Below are positions 11,298 through 20,485 of a stretch of 64,000 bases of DNA, piece by piece. The stretch's first letter is position 1. Each line of letters begins with the position of its first letter. The notes under the pieces are model-generated. The model saw only the letters and a program-made list of their open reading frames with translations. It did not search any database and was not told the DNA's origin. The DNA comes from Candidatus Eiseniibacteriota bacterium (GTDB lineage Bacteria > Eisenbacteria > RBG-16-71-46). The position numbers and the translations under genes are program-made. The stretch covers positions 384,001-448,000 of the forward strand of contig CAVUWA010000009.1 in the NCBI GenBank assembly GCA_963744995.1. The letters run 5' to 3'.

Positions 11298-12515
11298 TTG
11301 AGCGGAAGAATCGGGCGCTCGACGGGTGCGATCTCGGCCTTGCTGCTTGCGATCCCGCTGCTCTTCACCGCTCAGGCCGCGTGCGCGCAGGATTCCGCGA
11401 CGGGCGCCGCAGCCGCCGATTCGAGTTCGCAGGAGATCGCCCCGCCGCACGGCCTGGTCTGGCACGATCAGAAGAACGACGCCGGGCGCTCGATCATCCT
11501 CGACTGGAAGCCTTCGGCCGACGACGTCAAAGACGGATCCGTGGTCCGCGGCTACCGCATCGAGCGCGCCGAATCTCCCGCCGGTCCGTGGTCCGTCGTG
11601 GATTCGGTGCAGGCCGGCGTCACCAGCCGCACCGATCAGACCGTGCACCGCAACATCGAATACTTCTACCGGGTGATCGCGCTCACCCGGAACGGCGACG
11701 TGCCCGCTCTCAGCGTGACCGGCCCGGCGATCGCGCGTTCCGAGTGGATCAACAGCGAGCGCTGGAGCGTGCTCGTCTTCACCGTGCTGTTCTTCGCCTT
11801 CGTGCTCTATTACATCGGCAGCGCGCAGGCGGGCAAGAAGCCGTTCGTCCGCCGCATTCCCGGCATCGACGCGATCGAGGAAGCCATCGGCCGCGCGACC
11901 GAAATGGGGCGCTCGGTGCTGTACGTGCCCGGGATCAACGACATCGACGAGATCCAGACGGTTGCGGGGCTGGTGATCCTCGAGAGCGTGGCGCGCATCA
12001 CCGCCCGGTACGAGACGCCGATCAAGGTGCCCGTCACCTATCCCATTCCGTTCACGATCGCCCAGGAGATGGTGAAGAGCGGGTACCTGAACGCCGGCAA
12101 GCCCGACCAGTACGATCCGGACAGCGTGCGCTTCGTGTCACCCGAGCAGTTCGCCTACGTCGCGGCGGTCACCGGCATGATGCTGCGCGACAAGCCCGCC
12201 GCGCACATCTTCATGGGCGCGTTCTACGCCGAATCGCTGCTGCTCGCGGAGACCGGTTTCGCCACCGGCGCCATCCAGGTCGCCGGCACCGCGAACGTGG
12301 CCCAGCTGCCGTTCTTCGTCGTCGCCTGCGACTACACGCTCATCGGTGAGGAGCTCTATGCGGCGAGCGCGTACCTGTCCGGCGAGCCGAAGCTGGTCGG
12401 CAGCCTCAAGGGCGCGGATCTGATGAAGATCCTGATCATCGTCGTCATCCTCGTGGGCTCCCTGCTCGAGCAATCGGGTGTCACCGCATTCTCGGTCTGG
12501 ATGAAGGGCCAGTAG
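11298..12515 (+). CDS. Signal peptide + fibronectin type III domain + TM + conserved alpha/beta domain (DUF6754-like) + C-terminal TM
   Basis: TTG start after GGGGGGTG; signal ...AQAACA; Fn3 pattern (ILDWKPS..GYRIER..YFYRVIA); TM WSVLVFTVLFFAFVLYYI; IGRATEMGR and DYTLIGEELYAASAYLS; DUF label from memory. Confidence 0.8.
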   Translation: MSGRIGRSTGAISALLLAIPLLFTAQAACAQDSATGAAAADSSSQEIAPPHGLVWHDQKNDAGRSIILDWKPSADDVKDGSVVRGYRIERAESPAGPWSVVDSVQAGVTSRTDQTVHRNIEYFYRVIALTRNGDVPALSVTGPAIARSEWINSERWSVLVFTVLFFAFVLYYIGSAQAGKKPFVRRIPGIDAIEEAIGRATEMGRSVLYVPGINDIDEIQTVAGLVILESVARITARYETPIKVPVTYPIPFTIAQEMVKSGYLNAGKPDQYDPDSVRFVSPEQFAYVAAVTGMMLRDKPAAHIFMGAFYAESLLLAETGFATGAIQVAGTANVAQLPFFVVACDYTLIGEELYAASAYLSGEPKLVGSLKGADLMKILIIVVILVGSLLEQSGVTAFSVWMKGQ

Positions 12516-12525
12516 GAGGGACCCG

Positions 12526-13176
12526 ATGAAACGCGAGCTGCCCCTGTTCATGACGGCCGTCATCGGGCTCTTCATGATCGTGTCGTTCTTCGTGCCGCAT
12601 CAGTGGGTGAGCGTGCCCGCGGACTTCCTGCAGGCATCTGCGATCATCGTCGTCGCCTTCGGGTACGTGCTCGGCGGCGCCAACGTGCTGCGGGTCAACC
12701 TCGACGGCATCGCGAAGCGGCAGCGGGACTGGCCGTACAAGGTCGTTCTGCTGGTCGCGCTGATCTCGATGGTGGCGATCGGCGCGTTCGAGGGCCCGGG
12801 CTTCCTCAATCCGGGCATGAAATCGCGCTGGATGTACGATCAGCTCTATTCGCCGATGGCTGCCACGATGTTCGCGCTGCTGGCCTTCTTCATCGCCTCG
12901 GCGGCCTTTCGCGCGTTCCGCATCCGCACCACCGAGGCTGCGCTGCTCGCGGTTGCGGCGCTGCTGGTCATGCTCGGGCGCGTCCCGATCGGCAACCTGA
13001 TGTCGGACTGGCTGCCCGAGCCGATGCGCCTCGCCAGCATTCAGGACTGGATCATGAACTGGCCGCAGAACGCCTCGAAACGCGCGATCCTGATCGGCGC
13101 CGCGCTGGGCGTGATGGCCACCGGACTCCGGGTGATTCTGGGGATCGAACGCTCGTATCTGGGCGGGGAGGACTGA
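12526..13176 (+). CDS. Polytopic membrane protein (about 5-6 TM), unknown function
   Basis: Strong SD AGGAGG; multiple hydrophobic helices; FFIASAAFRAFR and LRVILGIERSYLG motifs. Confidence 0.85.
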   Translation: MKRELPLFMTAVIGLFMIVSFFVPHQWVSVPADFLQASAIIVVAFGYVLGGANVLRVNLDGIAKRQRDWPYKVVLLVALISMVAIGAFEGPGFLNPGMKSRWMYDQLYSPMAATMFALLAFFIASAAFRAFRIRTTEAALLAVAALLVMLGRVPIGNLMSDWLPEPMRLASIQDWIMNWPQNASKRAILIGAALGVMATGLRVILGIERSYLGGED

Positions 13177-14009
13177 TGGCGGGCCTGTGGGCGTTCCTCG
13201 AGCGGCTCGACCGGCGCTGGATCTTTCTGGTGATGGGCATTCTGGTGCTGGTGCCGCTGATCTGGCCGATCTCGCTGCCCCTGAAGGTCACGCCGCCGGT
13301 GCAGGGGTACGTCGACGCCATCGACGCGCTGCCGGAGGGCTCCACGGTGCTGATGTCCTGCGACTACGACCCCGGCGCGATTCCCGAGCTGGTGCCGATG
13401 ACCAAGACCACCTTCCGGCAGCTGCTCAGCAAGAACTGCAAGGTCGTGGTGACCGTGCTGTGGAACGGCGGCCCGGGACTCGTGGACGGCGTGCTCCAGG
13501 AGGTCGCCGCCGAGTTCCCCGACAAGAAGTACGGCGTCGACTACGTCAACCTCGGTTACAAATCGGGCAACGAGGCCGTCATGGTGCTGATGGGGCAGGG
13601 GGTCGCCAACGCGTTCCCGCGCGACTACCGCGGCAAGGACGTGAAGGACTATCCGATCATGCGGCACGTGACGGACTACTCGTCGTTCCCTCTGCTGATC
13701 AGCCTTTCGGCCGGCTATCCCGGCACCAAGGAGTGGGTGCAGCAGGTGAACACGCGATTCAATCTGCCGATGATCGCCGGAGTCACGGCGGTGAGCGCCC
13801 CGGAGTTCTACCCCTATCTGCAGTCGCATCAGTTGCTCGGCATGCTCGGTGGCATGGCCGGCGCGGCCGAATACGAGAAGGCGCGCGGTGAGAAAGGGCT
13901 GGCCACGAAGGGCATGGACGCCCAGTCGCTCGGCCACCTGTTCGTGGCGCTGTGCATCATCCTCGGCAACCTCATCCAGTGGAACCGCAGGGGGAGGGTG
14001 ACCGCGTGA
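13176..14009 (+). CDS. Membrane-anchored protein (N- and C-terminal TM flanking a soluble alpha/beta domain), unknown function
   Basis: TGATG coupling to upstream gene, SD GGAGG; YGVDYVNLGYKSG and GGMAGAAEYE motifs. Confidence 0.85.
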   Translation: MAGLWAFLERLDRRWIFLVMGILVLVPLIWPISLPLKVTPPVQGYVDAIDALPEGSTVLMSCDYDPGAIPELVPMTKTTFRQLLSKNCKVVVTVLWNGGPGLVDGVLQEVAAEFPDKKYGVDYVNLGYKSGNEAVMVLMGQGVANAFPRDYRGKDVKDYPIMRHVTDYSSFPLLISLSAGYPGTKEWVQQVNTRFNLPMIAGVTAVSAPEFYPYLQSHQLLGMLGGMAGAAEYEKARGEKGLATKGMDAQSLGHLFVALCIILGNLIQWNRRGRVTA

Positions 14010-14689
14010 ACGTGTCTCATGACTGGAGCGTGTGGATCGCGGCCCTGCTGACGCTCTTCATCCTCAGCTTCGTCTACAAGGACAACCCGTTCTACAAGTT
14101 CGCCGAGCACCTCTTCGTCGGCGTGTCGGCCGGCTACTGGATGATCCTCAACTTCTGGACGGTGATCTATCCGAACCTCTATGAGCCGCTGCGGCAGGCG
14201 CTCCACGGACACGGTGTCGACGCCTCGCGGGTGGGGATGTTCGCAGCGGAACAGGGGGACTATCGCGGTTTCCTGATTCTGCCCGGCGTCCTCGGCGTCC
14301 TGCTGTTCACGCGGCTGTTCGGGAAGATCGGCTGGATGTCGCGGCTGTCGCTGGCGATGATCATCGGGGTCTACGTGGGCATCAAGACCACCGGCTTCGC
14401 GCAGGGCGATTTCGTGGAGCAGGTGCGCGCCAGCATGCAGCCGCTGTGGACGGGGTCGATCGGCCACAGCGTGAACGCGATCCTCTTCACGATCGGCCTG
14501 ATCTGCTCGCTGTTGTTCTTCTTCTTCAGCCGCGAGCACAAAGGCGCGCTGGGGATCGCCTCGAAGATCGGCGTCTACTTCCTGATGGTCGGTTTCGGCG
14601 CGGGCTATGGCTACACGGTGATGTCGCGCATTTCGCTGCTGATCGGACGTTTCCAGTTCCTGCTCCATGACTGGCTCGGCATCACCTGA
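14006..14689 (+). CDS. Polytopic membrane protein (about 6 TM), unknown function
   Basis: GTGA overlap; YKDNPFYKFAEHLFVGVSAGY, FLMVGFGAGYGYTVMSRISLLIGR. Confidence 0.85.
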   Translation: MNVSHDWSVWIAALLTLFILSFVYKDNPFYKFAEHLFVGVSAGYWMILNFWTVIYPNLYEPLRQALHGHGVDASRVGMFAAEQGDYRGFLILPGVLGVLLFTRLFGKIGWMSRLSLAMIIGVYVGIKTTGFAQGDFVEQVRASMQPLWTGSIGHSVNAILFTIGLICSLLFFFFSREHKGALGIASKIGVYFLMVGFGAGYGYTVMSRISLLIGRFQFLLHDWLGIT

Positions 14690-14717
14690 TCCGCGTTCCG
14701 CCCCGGCCGTTCCGGCG

Positions 14718-14748
14718 CCCCCGGCCGCACGCCGGGGGTTTCGCGTTT
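14718..14748 (+). terminator. Probable intrinsic terminator closing the membrane cluster
   Basis: CCCCCGGC/GCCGGGGG stem, 5-nt loop, followed by TTTCGCGTTT. Confidence 0.5.
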
Positions 14749-14749
14749 C

Positions 14750-15532
14750 ATGGACGGGGTCCCGGTGATCCTGTGGGCCGACGGACGCCACGGCGCAGTC
14801 GAGAACATGCGCCGCGACGGGGCGCTGCTCGACCGCCTCAAATCCGGCGCGGACGCCGAGGCCGTGCTGCGGATCTACGGCTTCGCCCCGCCGGGCATCA
14901 CCCTGGGGCTCGCGCAGCGGGCCGAGCGCGAACTCGACCTCGAGGCGTGCCGTACGGACGGCGTCGAATGGGCGGTGCGGCCGACCGGAGGCCGCGCGAT
15001 CTACCACGACGAGGAGTGGACCTACGCGCTGGCGGCCCGCATCGAGGATCCCTCGTGGGGGGGCACGCTGCGTGAGGCCTACGCGCGCGGCTCGGCGCTG
15101 ATCGTGGCCGCGCTCAATGGGATCGGGATTCCGGCCGAGCTCGCCGCCCGTGAGCGCCGCGATCCCGCGGACGGCCCGCGGCGGCCGGGTGGGGGGGCGT
15201 CGGCGCCCTGCTTCGCGTCGACCGCCCGCCACGAGATCGTGCTCGCCGGACGCAAGCTGGTCGGCAGTGCCCAGCGGCGCACGGCGCGCGCGCTGCTCCA
15301 GCAGGGCAGCATTCTGCTCGGGCCGTCGCACCGGCGCCTGGCGCGCTACATGGCCGTCTCCAGCGCCCGCGATCGGGCCAGAGGGCAGCTCGAGGGCGGC
15401 GCGGCGGAAGCCGGGCCACCGTGGCGGGCCGGCGATCCCGCGCCGTTCGCGAACGCTCTCGCGAAGACGATCGGCGATTCAGTCCGGCGCCTGGACGGCG
15501 ACGCCGGGCTGCGCCTGTTGACCATCGCGTGA
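14750..15532 (+). CDS. Lipoate-protein ligase A / octanoyltransferase (LplA/LipM) family
   Basis: NMRRD, RPTGGRAIYH, CF, GRKLVGSAQRR, LLQQGSI motifs. Confidence 0.88.
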   Translation: MDGVPVILWADGRHGAVENMRRDGALLDRLKSGADAEAVLRIYGFAPPGITLGLAQRAERELDLEACRTDGVEWAVRPTGGRAIYHDEEWTYALAARIEDPSWGGTLREAYARGSALIVAALNGIGIPAELAARERRDPADGPRRPGGGASAPCFASTARHEIVLAGRKLVGSAQRRTARALLQQGSILLGPSHRRLARYMAVSSARDRARGQLEGGAAEAGPPWRAGDPAPFANALAKTIGDSVRRLDGDAGLRLLTIA

Positions 15533-15547
15533 GCGGCTCCCTATGCT
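15518..15547 (+). promoter_or_regulatory. Sigma70-type promoter candidate for first binding-protein gene
   Basis: TTGACC-N18-TATGCT. Confidence 0.6.
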
Positions 15548-15608
15548 CGGCCGGCATGAACCCATCGGGACCCTTTGCGCTGTATTCGCCCTACGAGGAG
15601 ACAACGTC

Positions 15609-17474
15609 ATGATGCGTCGATTCAGCCGCGCCGGCCGATTCACCGGTCTGGCGCTCACCGTGCTCGCCCTGAGCATCGCCGGCTGTTCGGGCCGGAGCGG
15701 GCAGGCCGCGCAGTCCCACGTGGACGACAAGCCCGTGCCCGAGGACGAGCTGATCCCGCGCATGAAGGAGACCGGCGCCTACGGCGGCCGTTTCGTGATC
15801 GGCACCACGTCCGCCCCCAAGACGTTCAACGCGATCATGGCGAACGAGACGTCATCGTCGGACGTGAACAATCTGATGTTCATCACGCTCGCGGACTACG
15901 ACAACGGGACCCAGCAGGACATTCCGAGCCTCGCCAAGACCTGGGACATCAGCGACGACGGCCTCACCTACACATGGCACCTGCGGCACGGCGCGCGTTT
16001 CTCGGACGGTGTGCCGATCACCAGCGCCGACGTGCTGTTCTCGTTCGACGTGGCGTACGACGAAACGCTGCACCCTTCGATCCAGGACCTGCTGATCATC
16101 GGCGGCAAGAAGATGGAAGTGTCGGCGCCCGACTCCTACACGGTCGTCACGAAGATCGTGAGCCCCTACGCGCTCATGGTGCCGGCGGTCGGCTCGCTGC
16201 GCATCATGCCGAAGCACACGCTCGAGGCCGCGTTCAAGTCGGGCAATTTCGCGTCGGCCTACGCCGTGAGCGATCCTCCCGACTCGATCGTGGTGAGCGG
16301 CCCGTTCAGGGTGAAGTCGTATTCGCCCGGCGAGAAGGTCGTGCTCACCGGCAACCCCTACTGGTACGGCTTCGACGCGAAGGGCCAGCGGCTGCCGTAC
16401 CTGGACGAGCTGGTCTTCCTCGTCGTTCCGGACCAGAACACGGCGTCGCTCAAGTTCCAGGCCGGCGAGCTGGACGGCCTCGACAACGTGAAGCCCGAGG
16501 ACTACGCCGCGTACGAGGAGGGGCAGAAGGCCGGGAACTACACGCTCTACGACCTCGGCCCGTCCCTGAGCACCAACTTCTTCTGGTTCAACCTCAACCG
16601 GGTGCGCGAGCCGAAGGCCGGCAAGAAGATCGGTGATCCGCAGATCGATCCGGTCAAGTACGCGTGGTTCGTCCAGCCGGACTTCCGCCGCGCGGTGTCC
16701 ATGGCGATCGACCGCGACGCGATCATCCGCGGCCCGTTCTACGGGGATGCGGTCAAGAACTGGTCCGTGCTCACCGTCAGCAGCAAACTCTGGCACACCC
16801 AGGACCTCGGCAAATGGGACTACGACGTCGAGGCCGCGAAGAAGCTGCTGGATGGCCTGCAGATGATCGACCGCGACGGGGACGGGACCCGCGAGGACGC
16901 CAGCGGACACCCGATCGAGTTCTCGATCAAAACCAACGGTGACAACGTGACCCGCGTCGCGATGTGCAACTTCATCCGCGAGGACCTCGCCAAAGTCGGC
17001 ATCCGCCTCACGCTGACGCCCGTGGACTTCAACACGCTGATCAGCAATCTGCGGCAGGACTTCCAGTACGAGGCCTGTCTGCTCGGCCTCGGCAGTGCGG
17101 TGCCGTCCGATCCGGGCATGGGGCAGAACGTGTGGCGCTCGAGCGGCCTCACGCATTACTGGGACATCAAGCAGCCGCGGCCCGAGACACCGGCCGAGGC
17201 ACAGATCGACAAGCTGGTGGACGAGAACATCGCCACCACCGACATGGACGTGCGCAAGCGCACCTGGCACGAGATCGACCACATCCTCGAGGACCAGTGC
17301 TGGATCGAGTGGCTGCCGGTCGCGATCATCAAGCTGCCGATCAGCAACCGGTTCGGCAATCTCGAGCCGACCATCATTCCGCACCGCATCCTGTGGAACA
17401 TCGACCGGGTGTTCCTGAAGAGCGCGGCGCAGCGTGCGGCGAAGGAGAATCCCGCGGAGCAGCACGGCGCCTGA
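15609..17474 (+). CDS. ABC transporter substrate-binding lipoprotein, family 5 (peptide/nickel), copy 1
   Basis: SD GAGGAG; lipobox SIAGC; LAKTWDISDDGLTYTWHLRHGARFSDGVPITSADV family-5 signature. Confidence 0.93.
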   Translation: MMRRFSRAGRFTGLALTVLALSIAGCSGRSGQAAQSHVDDKPVPEDELIPRMKETGAYGGRFVIGTTSAPKTFNAIMANETSSSDVNNLMFITLADYDNGTQQDIPSLAKTWDISDDGLTYTWHLRHGARFSDGVPITSADVLFSFDVAYDETLHPSIQDLLIIGGKKMEVSAPDSYTVVTKIVSPYALMVPAVGSLRIMPKHTLEAAFKSGNFASAYAVSDPPDSIVVSGPFRVKSYSPGEKVVLTGNPYWYGFDAKGQRLPYLDELVFLVVPDQNTASLKFQAGELDGLDNVKPEDYAAYEEGQKAGNYTLYDLGPSLSTNFFWFNLNRVREPKAGKKIGDPQIDPVKYAWFVQPDFRRAVSMAIDRDAIIRGPFYGDAVKNWSVLTVSSKLWHTQDLGKWDYDVEAAKKLLDGLQMIDRDGDGTREDASGHPIEFSIKTNGDNVTRVAMCNFIREDLAKVGIRLTLTPVDFNTLISNLRQDFQYEACLLGLGSAVPSDPGMGQNVWRSSGLTHYWDIKQPRPETPAEAQIDKLVDENIATTDMDVRKRTWHEIDHILEDQCWIEWLPVAIIKLPISNRFGNLEPTIIPHRILWNIDRVFLKSAAQRAAKENPAEQHGA

Positions 17475-17601
17475 AACCGAGCGATCGGCGCGGATGATCG
17501 AGGGCGGCCCGGTGGGGCCGCCCTTGACCTTTCAATGACACCCACCGCGCCACAGTGAATGAATGACGCGCCCAGGCGGGTCGAGCGTGAGCCGCTTTGT
17601 G

Positions 17602-17631
17602 TTGACCCATCCGAAGCGGGCTCCCTATACT
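17602..17631 (+). promoter_or_regulatory. Sigma70-type promoter candidate for second binding-protein gene and oppBCDF
   Basis: TTGACC-N18-TATACT; resembles the promoter at 15518. Confidence 0.65.
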
Positions 17632-17680
17632 CCGGCGGGCCTGTGTAACCGCTGTTCGCACAACACCTGAGGGAGGGTGA

Positions 17681-19507
17681 ATGAAGTTCGCTCGCCGTTG
17701 GATCCGCTGCCTCGCCGCCGTACTGGCCGTTCCACTGGCCCTGACGGGGTGCGGGGGCGCGAGCAGCCGGGCGAGCGTGACCTACCAGGACACGCATCCG
17801 CTTCCGGCCGATACCATGATGGTCCCGGTGCGCGAGATCGGCGTCTATGGCGGCCGGTTCGTCATCGGTCAGACCAACCCGCCCAAGACCTTCAACGCGA
17901 TCATGGCGAACGAGACGTCGTCCAGCGACGTCACCCAGCAGCTGTTCACCGTGCTCGCCGACTACGACAACGGCAGCCAGACGACCTACCCGGCGCTGGC
18001 GAAGTCCTGGGACGTGAGCGACGACGGGCTCACCTACACCTGGCACCTGCGCCACGGCGCCCGCTTCTCGGACGGCGTGCCGATCACCAGCGCGGACGTA
18101 CTGTTCTCGTTCGAGGTCGCCTACGACGAAACGCTGCATCCCTCGATCCAGGACCTGCTGCTCGCGGGGGGCAGGAAGTTCGAGGTCACGGCGCCCGACT
18201 CGTTCACGGTGGTGATGAAGATCGCGACGCCGTACGCGCTGCTGGTGCCGGCAGTGGGGTCGCTCAGAATCATGCCGAAGCACGTGCTGGAATCAACGTA
18301 TCGGAGCGGCGACTTCGCGGCCGCCTACTCCGTCAGCATCGACCCCGACAGCCTGGTGACCAGCGGGCCGTGGCGGCTCGAGGAATACGTGCCCAACGAG
18401 AAGACGGTGCTCACCCGCAATCCCTACTGGTTCGGCGTGGACCCGGAGGGCCACCGGCTGCCCTACCTCGACGAGCTGGTGTTCCTCATCGTCCCCGACC
18501 AGAACACCGCGGCACTCAAGTTCCAGGCCGGCGATCTCGACGGCCTCGACAACGTCAAGGCCGAGGACTACCAGACCTTCGAAGAGGGCCAGAAGAAGGG
18601 CGACTACACGCTCTACGACCTCGGCCCCGCGCTCAACACCAACTTCTTCTGGTTCAACCTCAACAGGGTCCGCGAAGCCGGCAACGGCAGGCACGTCGGC
18701 GACCCCCAGGTCGGCGCGGTCAAGTACGCGTGGTTCAGCAAGCCGGAGTTCCGCCAGGCGGTCTCGATGGCGATCGACCGCCAGGCGATGATCAACGGTC
18801 CGTTCTATGGCGAGGCCGTGCCCAACTGGTCGCAGATGACCCCGGGCAACAAGGTGTGGGGCAACAATCCCGACCTGAAGCCATGGAACTACGACCCCGA
18901 GGCCGCGAAGGCGAAGCTCGACGCGCTCGGGTACGTGGACCGCGACGGCGATGGCATCCGCGAGGATCCGGCGGGGCACGAGATCGAATTCAGCCTGAAG
19001 ACCAACAGCGACAACCTGGTGCGCATCGCGCTGTGCAACCTGATCGCCGATGATCTGCGCAAGGTCGGCATCAAGACCACGCTGACACCGGTGGACTTCA
19101 ATACCCTGATTTCCAACCTGCGCCAGGACTTCCAGTACGACGCGATCCTGCTCGGGCTGCAGGCGGGCGTGCCGCCGGATCCGGCGATGGGGCAGAACGT
19201 CTGGCGCTCGAGCGGGCTCACCCACTTCTGGGATATCAAGCAGCCGCATCCCGAGACCGCGGCCGAGGCCCAGATCGACCATCTGCTCGACATCAACATC
19301 GGCACCGCCGACATGAAAGTGCGGCTCGCGGCGTGGCGCCAGATCGAGGCGCTCCTGACGAAGGAGTGCTTCGTCGTCTGGCTGCCGACGCTCAAGGCGA
19401 AGGTGCCCGTGCGCAACCGCTTCGGCAACGTCGAGCCGACGGTGATTCCGCACCGCATCATCTGGAACATCGACCGGGTGTTCGTCAAACCGCGCCAGCG
19501 CGCCTGA
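17681..19507 (+). CDS. ABC transporter substrate-binding lipoprotein, family 5, copy 2 (paralog of 15609)
   Basis: Lipobox ALTGC; long blocks identical to copy 1. Confidence 0.93.
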   Translation: MKFARRWIRCLAAVLAVPLALTGCGGASSRASVTYQDTHPLPADTMMVPVREIGVYGGRFVIGQTNPPKTFNAIMANETSSSDVTQQLFTVLADYDNGSQTTYPALAKSWDVSDDGLTYTWHLRHGARFSDGVPITSADVLFSFEVAYDETLHPSIQDLLLAGGRKFEVTAPDSFTVVMKIATPYALLVPAVGSLRIMPKHVLESTYRSGDFAAAYSVSIDPDSLVTSGPWRLEEYVPNEKTVLTRNPYWFGVDPEGHRLPYLDELVFLIVPDQNTAALKFQAGDLDGLDNVKAEDYQTFEEGQKKGDYTLYDLGPALNTNFFWFNLNRVREAGNGRHVGDPQVGAVKYAWFSKPEFRQAVSMAIDRQAMINGPFYGEAVPNWSQMTPGNKVWGNNPDLKPWNYDPEAAKAKLDALGYVDRDGDGIREDPAGHEIEFSLKTNSDNLVRIALCNLIADDLRKVGIKTTLTPVDFNTLISNLRQDFQYDAILLGLQAGVPPDPAMGQNVWRSSGLTHFWDIKQPHPETAAEAQIDHLLDINIGTADMKVRLAAWRQIEALLTKECFVVWLPTLKAKVPVRNRFGNVEPTVIPHRIIWNIDRVFVKPRQRA

Positions 19508-19516
19508 ACGGTCGAC

Positions 19517-20485
19517 GTGCGCACCTACATCATCCGCCGCCTGCTCCAGACGATTCCGCTGATGCTCGGCATCTCGGCGCTGACGTTCCTGCTGCTGCAG
19601 CTCACACCCGGCGACTTCCTCAACCAGATGGCCGAAAATCCGGCGATCTCCTCGGCGACGCTGGAGGCCATGCGCAGCCGCTTCGGGCTCGACCAGCCCT
19701 GGTACGCGCAGTACTTCCTCTATCTCAAGAACGTCTTCCTCCATTTCGATTTCGGCCAGTCGTTCTCGCGCCATCAGCCGGTGTTCCTCGTCCTGAAGGA
19801 GGGCCTGCTCAACACGCTGCTGCTGGCCTCCTCCGCCGCCGTCGTCACCTGGGCCCTGGCGATCCCGCTGGGCGTCTGGGCCGCGGTGCGACAGTACTCG
19901 TGGATCGACAAGGGCCTCTCGATGCTGGCGTTCGTCTGGCTGTCGATCCCGGAGGTGCTCTCCGGTCTGCTGCTGCTGCTGCTGGCGGCGCGGACCGGGT
20001 GGTTCCCGGTGGGCGGGATGCGCTCGATCGACTGGCAGGACCTCGATACCATGGGGCGCGTACTCGACCTGCTCCACCATCTGGCGTTGCCGGCGCTCGT
20101 GGTCGGACTGATTCCGCTCGCGAGCCGGATGCGACAGATGCGCGCGAACCTGCTCGACGTCCTGCGCCTCGACTACGTCACGACCGCGCGGGCCAAGGGG
20201 CTCGACGAGAACGTCGTGATCTTCAAGCACGCCCTGCGCAACGCGCTCAACCCGCTGATCACCCTGTTCGGATTCACCCTCGGCTATCTGCTCTCGGGCT
20301 CGTTCATCGCGGAGATCATCTTCTCGTGGCCCGGCCTCGGGCGGCTGACGCTCGACGCGCTGCTCACCCAGGACCAGTACCTGGTGATGGGATCCGTGTT
20401 GATGGCGTCCGCCATGCTGGTGCTCGGCAACCTGATCGCCGACCTGCTGCTGGCGATCGCCGATCCAAGGATCGCGTATGACTGA
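19517..20485 (+). CDS. Peptide ABC transporter permease (OppB/DppB type)
   Basis: YIIRRLL, PGD, DFGQS, DYVTTARAKGL EAA loop, HALRNAL, DPRI. Confidence 0.93.
   Translation: MRTYIIRRLLQTIPLMLGISALTFLLLQLTPGDFLNQMAENPAISSATLEAMRSRFGLDQPWYAQYFLYLKNVFLHFDFGQSFSRHQPVFLVLKEGLLNTLLLASSAAVVTWALAIPLGVWAAVRQYSWIDKGLSMLAFVWLSIPEVLSGLLLLLLAARTGWFPVGGMRSIDWQDLDTMGRVLDLLHHLALPALVVGLIPLASRMRQMRANLLDVLRLDYVTTARAKGLDENVVIFKHALRNALNPLITLFGFTLGYLLSGSFIAEIIFSWPGLGRLTLDALLTQDQYLVMGSVLMASAMLVLGNLIADLLLAIADPRIAYD

Noticed and set aside
7973..11368. 1131-aa minus-strand ORF (likewise 18293-20599, 27905-30253, 52866-57557 and other long antisense or off-frame ORFs)
   Set aside because: Shadow ORFs opposite well-supported genes, expected at this GC content; no recognisable motifs.
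17524..17535. TTGA-CCTT-TCAA palindrome between the binding-protein genes
   Set aside because: Only 4-bp arms, spacing does not fit an FNR/CRP box, and no second copy was found.
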